Program-made: the position numbers and the translations under genes
The notes under the pieces: model-generated
What the model was told of the DNA's origin: nothing
Seen by the model: the letters and a program-made list of their open reading frames with translations, nothing else
The model's database searches: none
From: Bacteroidia bacterium
GTDB taxonomy: Bacteria > Bacteroidota > Bacteroidia > B-17B0 > Aurantibacillaceae
Reading direction: 5' to 3'
Assembly: GCA_016787785.1 (NCBI GenBank)
Contig: JAEUTO010000015.1
Span: 1-64,000 of the forward strand
DNA length: 64,000 nt
Shown here: positions 50,144-60,346 of the stretch, in pieces
How the letters are laid out: the number at the start of each line of letters is the position of its first letter
Position numbering within the stretch: position 1 is the first letter of the stretch

Positions 50144-50659
50144 ATGAAAAAAATTATTTTAGCCCTTTTAGTTGTTACAGCTTTTGCATTTACCTCATCG
50201 CGTGGTGATGGTGATAAGATCCCTTCTTCAACCGTAAAAAAATTAGATGGTACAAAAGTAAATACCAGTACTTTTTCCAATAACGGAAAACCAATTATTA
50301 TTAGCTTTTGGGCTACCTGGTGCAAACCTTGTAAAAAAGAATTAGATGCGATACAAGAAAATTATGCTGACTGGACAAAAGAGACCGGTGTAAAACTAAT
50401 TGCTATTAGTATTGACGATGCGCGTAGCGCCGGTAAAGTAGTTACTGATGTAAAATCAAAAGGTTGGGATTACGAAGTATATATTGATGAGAACTCTGAT
50501 TTTAAACGCGCTATGAACGTAAACAACGTACCTCATACGTTTTTAGTAGACGGAACAGGCAAAATAGTTTGGAGTCATAATTCGTACACTGAAGGTGACG
50601 AAGATGCTTTATACGAAAACGTAAAAAAACTTGCTAAAGGCGAGGCGTTAGCCCACTAA
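50144..50659 (+). CDS. TlpA-like thiol-disulfide oxidoreductase (thioredoxin fold, WCKPC)
   Basis: Signal peptide; FWATWCKPCKKE. Confidence 0.8.
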   Translation: MKKIILALLVVTAFAFTSSRGDGDKIPSSTVKKLDGTKVNTSTFSNNGKPIIISFWATWCKPCKKELDAIQENYADWTKETGVKLIAISIDDARSAGKVVTDVKSKGWDYEVYIDENSDFKRAMNVNNVPHTFLVDGTGKIVWSHNSYTEGDEDALYENVKKLAKGEALAH

Positions 50660-50725
50660 TAACCACTTATAAAAAGGGGAAATAAATTTTTGTTTTTAAC
50701 ACAAAAATTACCTTATTTTACCCTC

Positions 50726-52432
50726 ATGCAAAACAAATATTTTAAAAGTAGCCTCACAGCTACTTTTTTATTGATTCTCATTCTAAATGCTTTTAACATT
50801 AAGGCTCAAAGCATTGCCGATGAAGCAAACTCGGTGCATGGCTATTTTCAGATAGATGCACAATATTACAAACAGGATACTTTAATTGGTGCGCCTATAG
50901 TGCCCGAAAAAATGCTTTCCAATGCATTTGGTAATATTAATTATACCAAGGGTAAATTCTCAGCCGGCGTGCGTTACGAAGCTTATAATAACGTGATGCA
51001 AGGGTTTGACCCGCGTTATAAAGGTCAAGGCATTACTAATCGTTTTGCGCGTTACCAGGATCAATTACTGGACATTACCATTGGTAATATTTACGAGCAG
51101 TTTGGCAGCGGTTTGATCTTTAGAACCTATTACGAACCGGGCTTATTATTCGACAATTCACTAGATGGAATTCGTGTTATTTCTAATCCCGTTAGAGGTT
51201 TAACTTTAAAAGGCGTAGTTGGTAAACAACGTACTTTTTTTACTGTTGGCCCAGGCATTGTAAGGGGTTTTGATGGTGAATTGAATATTAACGAGGCGTT
51301 GGATTCGATGGCAGCTAACATTAAAACAAAGGTAATTATTGGCGGTAGTTTTGTAAGCAAAAATCAACCCGACCAGAACCCTGATTTTGTGATGCCCGAG
51401 AATGTTGGCGCTTATAGCGGAAGAATGAATATAATTAGAGGTGGCTTTAATTTTTTTGCAGAATACGCGCAAAAAGAAAATGATCCTGCAGCGGCCAATA
51501 ATACTACTGTTGGCGGAAAAAATTATTTTAGTTACCAGCAGGGAGATGCAATGTTTCTTTCTACATCTTATGCTACTAAAGGTTTTTCTTTTTTGTTGCA
51601 GGCAAAACGTATTGACAACATGAGTTTTAGAAGTGATAGGGACGCAACTTTACAAAACCTGTTAATTAATTTTTTACCTGCTACAACCAGGCAACATACG
51701 TATTTAATGCCCGCATTTAGCCCTTATGCCACGCAGCCTACAGGTGAAGTTGGTGGCATGGCGGAGATGCAATTTAAGGTGCCAAAAGGTTCTGCGCTTG
51801 GCGGTAAATATGGTATGGATATTACGTTGAATGCCTCACAAGCTAATCTATTAAAACCAATTAATATTGACGATAGTACAACTACTTCAAAATTATACCG
51901 CACCAATTACGAAGAGGTTGGAAATGAATTGTACCACGATTTTTTTATTGAGATCACCAAAAAATTCACTAAAAAGTTCAAGGGTACCTTTATGTTTGCC
52001 AATCAATTTAACAACATCAATATCGTACAGCACAATACACCTAAAGGACCCTACAAAAATGTGTTGGCTAATATTGAGGTCATAGATCTTACCTATAAAT
52101 ACAAAGGTAATTCGGCCATACGCATGGAATTACAAGGAATGCAGAGGGATAATAAGGATACCTTAAATTTAGGCAGTTGGGTGGTTGGCTTAATAGAATG
52201 GACACCAAATACCCACATATTTGTGGCTGCTATTGACCAATATAATTATGGCAATCCCGTTGAGAACCTAAGGTTACATTACGTTTATTTTAGCGCCGGT
52301 TATACCAGCGGACCACACCGTATTTCTTTAAGTTATGGTAAACAGAGAGCTGGTATATTCTGCGTTGGAGGGGTTTGTAGAACGGTTCCGGCTAGTAATG
52401 GTTTTGCTATTTCAATTACCAGTAGTTTTTAG
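50726..52432 (+). CDS. Putative outer-membrane beta-barrel protein (uncharacterised family)
   Basis: Signal peptide LLILILNAFNIKAQS; beta-strand-rich; C-terminal ...ISITSSF. Confidence 0.45.
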   Translation: MQNKYFKSSLTATFLLILILNAFNIKAQSIADEANSVHGYFQIDAQYYKQDTLIGAPIVPEKMLSNAFGNINYTKGKFSAGVRYEAYNNVMQGFDPRYKGQGITNRFARYQDQLLDITIGNIYEQFGSGLIFRTYYEPGLLFDNSLDGIRVISNPVRGLTLKGVVGKQRTFFTVGPGIVRGFDGELNINEALDSMAANIKTKVIIGGSFVSKNQPDQNPDFVMPENVGAYSGRMNIIRGGFNFFAEYAQKENDPAAANNTTVGGKNYFSYQQGDAMFLSTSYATKGFSFLLQAKRIDNMSFRSDRDATLQNLLINFLPATTRQHTYLMPAFSPYATQPTGEVGGMAEMQFKVPKGSALGGKYGMDITLNASQANLLKPINIDDSTTTSKLYRTNYEEVGNELYHDFFIEITKKFTKKFKGTFMFANQFNNINIVQHNTPKGPYKNVLANIEVIDLTYKYKGNSAIRMELQGMQRDNKDTLNLGSWVVGLIEWTPNTHIFVAAIDQYNYGNPVENLRLHYVYFSAGYTSGPHRISLSYGKQRAGIFCVGGVCRTVPASNGFAISITSSF

Positions 52433-52459
52433 TATCTTTATATATAATAAGAAAGTAAC

Positions 52460-53368
52460 ATGAAAAAGATAATTTCACTATTTACAGTTTTACTAACACT
52501 TGGTTTTATTTCTTGTGATCGAATTAAATCTCCGATCGTGAAGAAAAATACAGTAGTAGGAACCAGTTTTGTTACTAAAAATAATTTTGCTGTTTACAAT
52601 TACAAGAAAACAATGCTGGAAGATTACACGGGAATGAGGTGTCAAAATTGCCCAGACGCAGCTACGGCAGCCGCAAACCTTTCTGCAACTTATGGCAGCA
52701 GTTTAATTATTGTTGGCGTTCACGCAGGATCACTTGCAAACCCATTTGGAAATTATACTGCAGATTACAGAACTGAAGCCGGGGATGTTTGGAGCGGAAC
52801 AGCCGGATTTGGTATACTTGCCTACCCAAGCGGAATTATAAACAGGAAAGCCTATGCTCCTAACGGAATAATTACTTATTACACAACCTGGTCATCAGTT
52901 TTGGCAATTTCAAATACAGATCCATTGATCGTTAAGTTAAAAGTAACCACAAATTATGATACATTAGCAGGAGCTTTAAATACAGATGTTAAAGCCTATT
53001 TCCAAACGGCATATGCTCAAAATCTTAATATTTCTATTCTTGTAACTGAGGATGGTGTTATTGGAAAGCAAGATGACCATGGAACAGAAGTTGACGATTA
53101 TGAATTTGAACATATGTTGCGCGGTGCCTTAAATAGTCCTTGGGGCGAAGCTTTAACAACAAGTGCAAAAGCCGCCAATGATTCGGTAAGTTATTCTCTT
53201 AATGATTTTAACTTAAAAGGCATGACCTATACAATTGACAAACCGGATCCAACACCGGATGTTGTTAAACCAATTGTAGTGAATGATAAAAATGTTTCAG
53301 TTATTGTGTTTGTACACAACACTGCAACAAGAGAAATTTTACAAGTTGAGAAAGTAAAGATCAGGTAA
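52460..53368 (+). CDS. Hypothetical lipoprotein with CxxC motif (possibly Omp28-related/thioredoxin-like surface lipoprotein)
   Basis: Lipobox LGFISCD; MRCQNCPDA; no other motif. Confidence 0.4.
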   Translation: MKKIISLFTVLLTLGFISCDRIKSPIVKKNTVVGTSFVTKNNFAVYNYKKTMLEDYTGMRCQNCPDAATAAANLSATYGSSLIIVGVHAGSLANPFGNYTADYRTEAGDVWSGTAGFGILAYPSGIINRKAYAPNGIITYYTTWSSVLAISNTDPLIVKLKVTTNYDTLAGALNTDVKAYFQTAYAQNLNISILVTEDGVIGKQDDHGTEVDDYEFEHMLRGALNSPWGEALTTSAKAANDSVSYSLNDFNLKGMTYTIDKPDPTPDVVKPIVVNDKNVSVIVFVHNTATREILQVEKVKIR

Positions 53369-54184
53369 TTAATACTGCTCTTTATCACTTGGAAAATCTT
53401 TGCTTTTTACATCAGCAATATATTGCTTAAAAGCATTTCCCATACTTTCGTATAAGTTTAAATAACGGCGTAAAAAGCGCGGGCTAAATTCGTGCGTCAT
53501 ACCCAACATATCATGCGTAACTAACACCTGTCCATCAGTACCAACGCCAGCACCAATACCAATAACAGGAATAGAGATAGTTTGAGAAACTTTAGTTGCC
53601 AACGCTGCCGGAATTTTTTCTACCACCAAAGCAAAGCAACCGTATTGTTCTAACAACTTCGCATCTTCTAATAAACGTTCTGCTTCATCCTGTTCTTTTG
53701 CTCTTACGGTGTACGTTCCAAATTTATAAATGCTTTGGGGTGTTAAACCTAAATGGCCCATTACCGGAATACCTGCAGTTAATATACGTTCAATACTTTC
53801 TTTAATTTCACGGCCTCCTTCAAGTTTTACAGCATGCGCGCCGCTTTCCTTCATAATTCTAATAGCAGAGTTTAAAGCCTCTTTAGAATTGGCCTGGTAC
53901 GATCCAAAGGGCAAATCAACTACAACCAATGCCCGGTCTATTGCACGAATTACACTTCCTGCATGGTAGATCATTTGATCTAATGTTATTGGTAAGGTTG
54001 TTTCGTGTCCTGCCATTACATTAGAGGCGCTGTCTCCAACCAGTATAACGTCTATACCGGCATTATCAATTATCTTTGCCATGGTGTAATCATATGCGGT
54101 AAGCATAGCGATCTTTTCACCTCTTTGTTTCATTTCCTGTAAAACGTGAGTGGTTACTTTTTTTACTTCTTTACGGGTAGGCAT
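53369..54184 (-). CDS. panB: 3-methyl-2-oxobutanoate hydroxymethyltransferase
   Basis: [51 protein letters not shown]. Confidence 0.9.
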   Translation of the reverse strand: MPTRKEVKKVTTHVLQEMKQRGEKIAMLTAYDYTMAKIIDNAGIDVILVGDSASNVMAGHETTLPITLDQMIYHAGSVIRAIDRALVVVDLPFGSYQANSKEALNSAIRIMKESGAHAVKLEGGREIKESIERILTAGIPVMGHLGLTPQSIYKFGTYTVRAKEQDEAERLLEDAKLLEQYGCFALVVEKIPAALATKVSQTISIPVIGIGAGVGTDGQVLVTHDMLGMTHEFSPRFLRRYLNLYESMGNAFKQYIADVKSKDFPSDKEQY

Positions 54185-54258
54185 GTTTAAAATATAAAAT
54201 GATTTAAATAAAAAACCCAACCGGAACTCGATTGGGTCTTTTGAAAATAGTATGAGTA

Positions 54259-54744
54259 CTAGTAAGTAGAGAAACCTTGTTTATCAGTGATCTTGTGCTC
54301 AATTAATAAACCTACACAAGCAGCATCGGTTGCTTTGTGTTTGTCTTTTTCTGTAGCACCTTGCGGAACAACTACTTCGATAATTAACTGACGAGTACTT
54401 ACGCTTTGGAACTCAAAAATAGGAGTATCTTCTGCTGTTGAATTATTAAATAATAATTCGTTAGTACGTGAATCAAAGATCTTGTAGTTTACTTTGTCGC
54501 CTAAAACAGTTTCGCAGCAAACAGAAATTCTGTAATCCATTCCTTTGTAAATTACACAACGCAGTTTAGAAACCATGCCCTGGTTAAATAAACCGCTTTT
54601 GCTTTGAGCATTGTATTGCCAGTTAGCGCCTTTATCTTTTTCTAAAACGCAATATTTTTTATGGAAATTTCCACAAACTCCCGCTTGGGAGAAAGATGAT
54701 GTGCTAATTAAAGCTACAATAAATATGGTTATAATGTATTTCAT
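54259..54744 (-). CDS. Hypothetical secreted protein
   Basis: Signal peptide; 6 Cys; no domain recognised. Confidence 0.4.
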   Translation of the reverse strand: MKYIITIFIVALISTSSFSQAGVCGNFHKKYCVLEKDKGANWQYNAQSKSGLFNQGMVSKLRCVIYKGMDYRISVCCETVLGDKVNYKIFDSRTNELLFNNSTAEDTPIFEFQSVSTRQLIIEVVVPQGATEKDKHKATDAACVGLLIEHKITDKQGFSTY

Positions 54745-54754
54745 GATAAAAATA

Positions 54755-55648
54755 TTATTTGGTTAATGTGTAAGAGTTACGAATAGATTTGATTTTTGCT
54801 ACTATTGTTTCGTAAACTTCTTTAGTGATGAATAATTGTTTTCCACCACCTAACATAGCAGTTTTACTACCTTCTTTTCCGCTCGCTGCTGTAGCATCTT
54901 TTTCGCTGATCTTATTAAATTCTGCTAATAAGCCATCAAAATCTGCTTTTACAGCGGCAACATTTGCATCAGACTCATGTTTCTTTAAAAACTCAACTAA
55001 GTTCTCTAAAGTGTATTTTTGATCAGCTAAACGCTCAATAACCGGGCTTTTCTCTTCAAATTTTGCAAGATTAACAGCGATGTAGATACTCTCTAACCAA
55101 CCACCTGCAACAACCAATGCCAAAGTTGGACCTTGTTTGCTATCTTCTAAAGCTTCAAAAGATGAGAAATAAACATCATCGGTAATCACCGCTAATGAGT
55201 CTGAAGAACCAACATTGTTTTGCAAACGTTTTAAAACTTCAGGCTTAATGGCTGTAGAAACACCAATTTGATCGCCCATTGCTTTTACTGTCTTAAAATA
55301 CTTTAAGGCCTCAGAGCCTATTTCAAAGATACTGCAGTAGCTAAGATCGCAACTATAAATACCAAAATTTAATGCTTTTGATTTGCTATCAGTATAATTT
55401 TTTTCGTTGCTTGGAGCGTTTAGGAACGATGTATTATTGTTGCCTTTTCCACCAACCATTTTTATAAATGTTAGCATCTCACCTGGAGATGGAACCTGGA
55501 AAAAAGTTTCTGATACCGGGTTGATCTGAGGCTCTTCTGTTTTTAAAGAATCTCCTGTTTCAATTTCTTCGGATTTTTCACCGCCTCCGCAACTGCTGAA
55601 TGTGAATGCAGTTATTGCAGATAAAAATAATAGAGTTGATTTGTTCAT
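54755..55648 (-). CDS. Hypothetical lipoprotein
   Basis: Lipobox TFSSCGGG; no domain recognised; co-directional between sucC and panB. Confidence 0.4.
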   Translation of the reverse strand: MNKSTLLFLSAITAFTFSSCGGGEKSEEIETGDSLKTEEPQINPVSETFFQVPSPGEMLTFIKMVGGKGNNNTSFLNAPSNEKNYTDSKSKALNFGIYSCDLSYCSIFEIGSEALKYFKTVKAMGDQIGVSTAIKPEVLKRLQNNVGSSDSLAVITDDVYFSSFEALEDSKQGPTLALVVAGGWLESIYIAVNLAKFEEKSPVIERLADQKYTLENLVEFLKKHESDANVAAVKADFDGLLAEFNKISEKDATAASGKEGSKTAMLGGGKQLFITKEVYETIVAKIKSIRNSYTLTK

Positions 55649-55683
55649 CGGTTCTTTTATATTTTTTAAAGATATTATTTTTT

Positions 55684-56877
55684 TTAGTTTTTTAATAATT
55701 TATTTACCAAAGCGGCTGCCTCGTGAAATTCAATGGCAGAGTACACTTTTAGGCCTGATTCATCAATTATCTTTTTTGCTGCTTCGGCATTGGTACCCTG
55801 TAAACGCACTATAATTGGCACATTTATGGTTCCCATGTTCTTATAAGCATCTACAATACCCTGCGCAACGCGGTCGCAGCGTACAATACCACCAAAAATA
55901 TTAACTAAAATAGCTTTAACATTTGAATCTTTTAATATGATCCTAAAGGCTTTCTCAACACGTTCAGCATTTGCCGTACCGCCCACATCAAGGAAGTTAG
56001 CTGGCTCGCCACCGCTTAATTTAATAATATCCATTGTAGCCATGGCTAAACCTGCGCCATTAACCATGCAACCAACGTTACCATCAAGTTTAACATAGTT
56101 CAATTCAGCAACACGCGCTTCAACATCTGTAGGATCTTCTTCTGTAATATCACGCATAGCTTCATAATCAGGGTGACGGAATAAACCGTTATCATCAAAT
56201 GAAACTTTTGAATCTACCGCAATTATTTTATCATCACTGGTTTTTAAAACCGGATTTATTTCAAATAAAGAAGCGTCAATACTTTCGTAGGCCTTGTATA
56301 AAGTCAATACAAATTTTACCATTTCTTTAAAAGCGTTACCGCCAAGACCTAAGTTAAATGCGATCTTACGTGCCTGAAACGCTTGTATACCAACGCGCGG
56401 GTCAATCTCTTCCTTCCAGATCTTTTCAGGAGTATGTTCTGCAACATGCTCAATATCCATACCACCTTCAGTACTGTAAATGATCGTGTTTCTGCCTTTA
56501 GCACGATCTAAAAGCACACTCATATAAAATTCTTTTGTTTCAGAAGCGCCAGGATAATATACATCCTGCGTAATTAAAACTTTGTTTACCAATTTACCGG
56601 TAGCACTGGTTTGTGGTGTAATCAAATGCATACCAAGAATAGCAGACGCTTTTTCTTTTACCTCATCTAAATTTTTGGCAAGCTTTACCCCGCCCCCTTT
56701 ACCACGGCCACCCGCGTGAATTTGTGCTTTTACAACAACCCAATCGCTATTGTACTTTGCTTTTAATTCTTTTGCAGCTGCAACAGCTTGTTCTGCAGTT
56801 TCGGCAACAATTCCTTCCTGGATTGCAACGCCAAAACTTTTTAAAATGCTTTTTCCCTGATATTCGTGAATATTCAT
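55684..56877 (-). CDS. sucC: Succinate--CoA ligase [ADP-forming] subunit beta
   Basis: MNIHEYQGKSILKSFGV...; ATP-grasp plus CoA-ligase domains; 397 aa. Confidence 0.9.
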   Translation of the reverse strand: MNIHEYQGKSILKSFGVAIQEGIVAETAEQAVAAAKELKAKYNSDWVVVKAQIHAGGRGKGGGVKLAKNLDEVKEKASAILGMHLITPQTSATGKLVNKVLITQDVYYPGASETKEFYMSVLLDRAKGRNTIIYSTEGGMDIEHVAEHTPEKIWKEEIDPRVGIQAFQARKIAFNLGLGGNAFKEMVKFVLTLYKAYESIDASLFEINPVLKTSDDKIIAVDSKVSFDDNGLFRHPDYEAMRDITEEDPTDVEARVAELNYVKLDGNVGCMVNGAGLAMATMDIIKLSGGEPANFLDVGGTANAERVEKAFRIILKDSNVKAILVNIFGGIVRCDRVAQGIVDAYKNMGTINVPIIVRLQGTNAEAAKKIIDESGLKVYSAIEFHEAAALVNKLLKN

Positions 56878-56963
56878 ATAATTGGTTTAAATAATGTGCT
56901 TCTTAATAATTAACTAATGTGCTTCAAATTTAAGGTTTTATTTGGAAAAGAGAAGTTTTCAGG

Positions 56964-57003
56964 CAAAAAAAATCCCGATAAAATGGCTTTTATCGGGATC
57001 ATT
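56964..57003 (-). terminator. Terminator hairpin downstream of the T9SS adhesin paralog A
   Basis: AAAAAAATCCCGATAAAAtggcTTTTATCGGGAT: 12-bp perfect stem with a flanking A/T run. Confidence 0.7.
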
Positions 57004-57015
57004 TAAAGTTAAATT

Positions 57016-60000
57016 TTATCGGTAAATACTTACGTTTCCTTTTTGGTCATAAGTTCTATCATCTTTTCCTGTTGCTTTAATGATATAAAAATAGGTTCCG
57101 GCCGGTAATTCTTTGCCAGCAGAGCTTTTGCCGTCCCATTCAATATTTCCGGTAGTGCTATTACTTTCGTAAACTTTATTGCCCCAACGGTCAAATATGA
57201 TCGCATTTATTTCTGCAACATTGGCCACTTTTAAGAAGAAAACATCATTGCTTCCATCACCATTTGGTGTAAAAACATTGGGTACTTCTAACTTTGAAGG
57301 AAGTTCAACTTTAATTACTTTATAAACGGTGTCTAAACAGGCTCCTTTTACAACATACATAGTTACAGTATAAGTTCCTGCATTGCTATACGTTGTTACA
57401 GGAGATATACTTGTAGATGTTGTTATTTGACTTTGACCGTTACCAAAACTCCAAACAGAGGTAATGCTTGATGCGCCTGTAGCAGTTGAACTTGATGCAG
57501 AAAGGTTAGTGAAGCTCACGTTCAATGGAGCGTAACCAGTGTAAGTACTTGGTAAGAAATCACCGGTTATTCCACCGTTAATTACCTCTACCACTCCATA
57601 CGATTGACAACCATTAACCGTGTTTGTAACGATGATCTTATATGGCCCCGGCTTATTAACAGTTGTTACAGATGATGTATAAGAACTAAAAGAAGTGGTT
57701 GGCACTGCAACCCACGAATAAGTGAAACCAGTTGTAGTTCCTGTTATTAGCGGAGAAATTGTAGCAGTAGTATTTACGCCACAATCTAAGATAAATGGCC
57801 CGGGTTGAAGCGGTGTGTTTACAATAGGATAAACCCTGTTATCACCCAAAGTTTTTGTAGCCACCGATGTACAACCATTATTGAGATCTTTAGCAACTAG
57901 TGTATATTGGTTAGCAATGCCTGCAGGAGTATAAGCAATATAAGTTGATGTTACCTGCTGTGTTTGTTGTGGAGATGGTCCTGACCATATATAACCAATT
58001 ACCGGCAATGTTGGAAAGAAAGTAGCCGGCACGTTACTCGTACTCGCATTAGTAAAATTAATAGTAGGTGTATCACAACTAATTGCGTTGCTACCTGTAA
58101 TTATTGCCGTTGGTTTTGCGGTGTTCTGATAAATGGTTAATGTTTGTGTACTCTTACATTTGTTGATAGCATCTGTTACAGTTAATGTATAGGTGCCTAC
58201 TATTGTACTAGTTGGAGATGCAGTATTCGTAGATACCGTTAATGTATCGTTTGGCACCTGCCCTGCCGGTGGTCCCGGAAAAGCCCAACTAAAACTAGTG
58301 TTTGGCGTGCCACTAAAACCTTGTATTACCGTTTTAGGAACATCACAGGTTAATGTTTTTGTAACAGCTGTTGCAGTAATTTGAGGTGCAAAGGTGTTTG
58401 ATATAATAGATACCTGAACAGTAGTTTCACAACTGTTTGTATTGTCGTGTACAATTACCGTGTACTGACCCGGTATGTTTGCTGTATAAGTAGACGAGCC
58501 GCCTAATGTATAAGTTGGTCCTACATAAGTTGGAGGTAAAACCGTATAGGATACAGGCCCACCTGGAAGTGGAACAGTTGTAACACTTGAAATATTAATT
58601 GTAGTTAAACTTGTTGTACCGCAACCAATAGTAAACTGGCTTGGACTGCTTACACTAAATGTTGGAAACCCCGCACCTGAAAAAACAGAGAATGTTGAAC
58701 AGCTCGAACAACCATTTATATTATTTACAATACAATGCGTGTAGGTACCAGGACCGCCCGGTAAAAATATAGCAGTTGGTGATGCCGCAGTTAATGTTCC
58801 ACCTGACGGAGATATCCACTGGTGCGTAATATTTGTAGTAGGTGTGCTCGTTCCGGTAACAGTAATAATGGAAGCAATGTTACACGTAATATTTTGAGTT
58901 AATGGACTCACGGTTGATGTGGGTACAGTAACATTCTGGCTAACAACAAAAGTTTGAGTACTTGTACATCCCGATATCGGATTTACAGCAATCACAGACC
59001 ATGTACCGATTCCACCTGGTGAACTAAAAGTTCCCGTGGGTCCTGTTTGTGGTGGTGAAATGACATTCGTCCAGGTATAAGAATAACTTGCGGGATTTGC
59101 ATTAATAACAACAGTTGGTTGAGCACAGGTTATAGTATAACTGCTCGATCCCGGAACTAAGTTAAATACAGCCGGCGCTGGCGTCGGGTTTATACTAAAA
59201 CTGGTTGTTGTTGAACAACCTCCTGCCGCTGTAATAGTGGCGTTATAAATACCCGCTGCAATACCTCCCGTACCAGATGTTTGTGTTGGACTCACAACAC
59301 TAAACGGTATAGTTGACCAATTGACTGTATAACCGGGCACCGGCGAAGCAGGTGTAAAAGTCAAACCTAAATTAAATGCATTTACTGTATTCGTACAACT
59401 TGTTTGCGTTACGGTTGGTACGGTTGCGGGCGAAGGTTTAACAGTAACTGTTGATACCGCTGTTTGTGTTACAGATACACTTGATGTATTTAAACCGGTA
59501 ACATAAATTGTATAGGTTGTTGTGCTTGTAGGACTAACAATAAATGTTGGTGTTGGAGAAGTCAATGCTCCAGGATTTAATGAATAAGATGGACTTGTAA
59601 GGTTAGAAGCATTATTCGCAGTAATAGTTGCACTCGCACCTGCACAAATACTAGAGTTACTTGCCAATAAACCGCAGTTGGTTGAACCTGTTCCTCCTAT
59701 TTGATTAAATTGAATGTTTTGTACAACATTAGAAAAATTAGTTATTAAAACCATGTAATATTGTCCTGCAATTGCACCAACTATATTACATGTTTCTGTT
59801 GGACTAGAAGAGTAACTACAGTCAACTACATTAGTTGTGCTGCTTAAGTTATTACAAATGGTAGAAAATGTTGTAAATGGCCCCCAGCAAATAAAATCAA
59901 CGTCCTGATTACCTGTTCCTGCAATATAAAGATCAATGTTTCCACTGGTTGAAACCTGTAAATAATACCAAGCCGGGTTAGGTGTTGAACCTAAGCAGTT

Positions 60001-60156
60001 ATAGGATGTTGGAAAAGCATCCGGTTGGTTGGTTGAAGCAGGGAAAGTAACACCAGAGGTTCCACCGGCACAAAATGGTTGCGCAGTATTACACGTTGTT
60101 TGAGCGTTCGAATACAAACAAACAAACATTAACAGAAGTAAGATAATTTTTTTCAT
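57016..60156 (-). CDS. Large Thr/Ser-rich cell-surface protein with Ig/PKD-like repeats and T9SS type-B (gliding-motility-associated, CHU_C-like) C-terminal sorting domain; paralog A
   Basis: Signal peptide MKKIILLLLMFVCLYSNAQ; PKD-like WSFGNGQSQ...YSNAGTYTVTMYVV; C-terminus LEVPNVFTPNGDGSNDVFF... Confidence 0.75.
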   Translation of the reverse strand: MKKIILLLLMFVCLYSNAQTTCNTAQPFCAGGTSGVTFPASTNQPDAFPTSYNCLGSTPNPAWYYLQVSTSGNIDLYIAGTGNQDVDFICWGPFTTFSTICNNLSSTTNVVDCSYSSSPTETCNIVGAIAGQYYMVLITNFSNVVQNIQFNQIGGTGSTNCGLLASNSSICAGASATITANNASNLTSPSYSLNPGALTSPTPTFIVSPTSTTTYTIYVTGLNTSSVSVTQTAVSTVTVKPSPATVPTVTQTSCTNTVNAFNLGLTFTPASPVPGYTVNWSTIPFSVVSPTQTSGTGGIAAGIYNATITAAGGCSTTTSFSINPTPAPAVFNLVPGSSSYTITCAQPTVVINANPASYSYTWTNVISPPQTGPTGTFSSPGGIGTWSVIAVNPISGCTSTQTFVVSQNVTVPTSTVSPLTQNITCNIASIITVTGTSTPTTNITHQWISPSGGTLTAASPTAIFLPGGPGTYTHCIVNNINGCSSCSTFSVFSGAGFPTFSVSSPSQFTIGCGTTSLTTINISSVTTVPLPGGPVSYTVLPPTYVGPTYTLGGSSTYTANIPGQYTVIVHDNTNSCETTVQVSIISNTFAPQITATAVTKTLTCDVPKTVIQGFSGTPNTSFSWAFPGPPAGQVPNDTLTVSTNTASPTSTIVGTYTLTVTDAINKCKSTQTLTIYQNTAKPTAIITGSNAISCDTPTINFTNASTSNVPATFFPTLPVIGYIWSGPSPQQTQQVTSTYIAYTPAGIANQYTLVAKDLNNGCTSVATKTLGDNRVYPIVNTPLQPGPFILDCGVNTTATISPLITGTTTGFTYSWVAVPTTSFSSYTSSVTTVNKPGPYKIIVTNTVNGCQSYGVVEVINGGITGDFLPSTYTGYAPLNVSFTNLSASSSTATGASSITSVWSFGNGQSQITTSTSISPVTTYSNAGTYTVTMYVVKGACLDTVYKVIKVELPSKLEVPNVFTPNGDGSNDVFFLKVANVAEINAIIFDRWGNKVYESNSTTGNIEWDGKSSAGKELPAGTYFYIIKATGKDDRTYDQKGNVSIYR

Positions 60157-60300
60157 GGCCTGGGGTTTTATAAATAGTAGTTTCTTGTTTTTTTTATTAA
60201 GCATATTTCTATGTTGTCGTTCTTTTTAAGCTTAATTCCGGCAATATAGTTATTCTAATTACAAATGTACAAATACCTTACCAAATACTGTTAAATGCAG

Positions 60301-60338
60301 AAAAAAATCCCAATAAGTTTTTTTATTGGGATTTTAGA
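60301..60338 (-). terminator. Terminator hairpin downstream of the T9SS adhesin paralog B
   Basis: AAAAAAATCCCAATAAgtttttTTATTGGGATTTT. Confidence 0.7.
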
Positions 60339-60346
60339 TTTAGATC

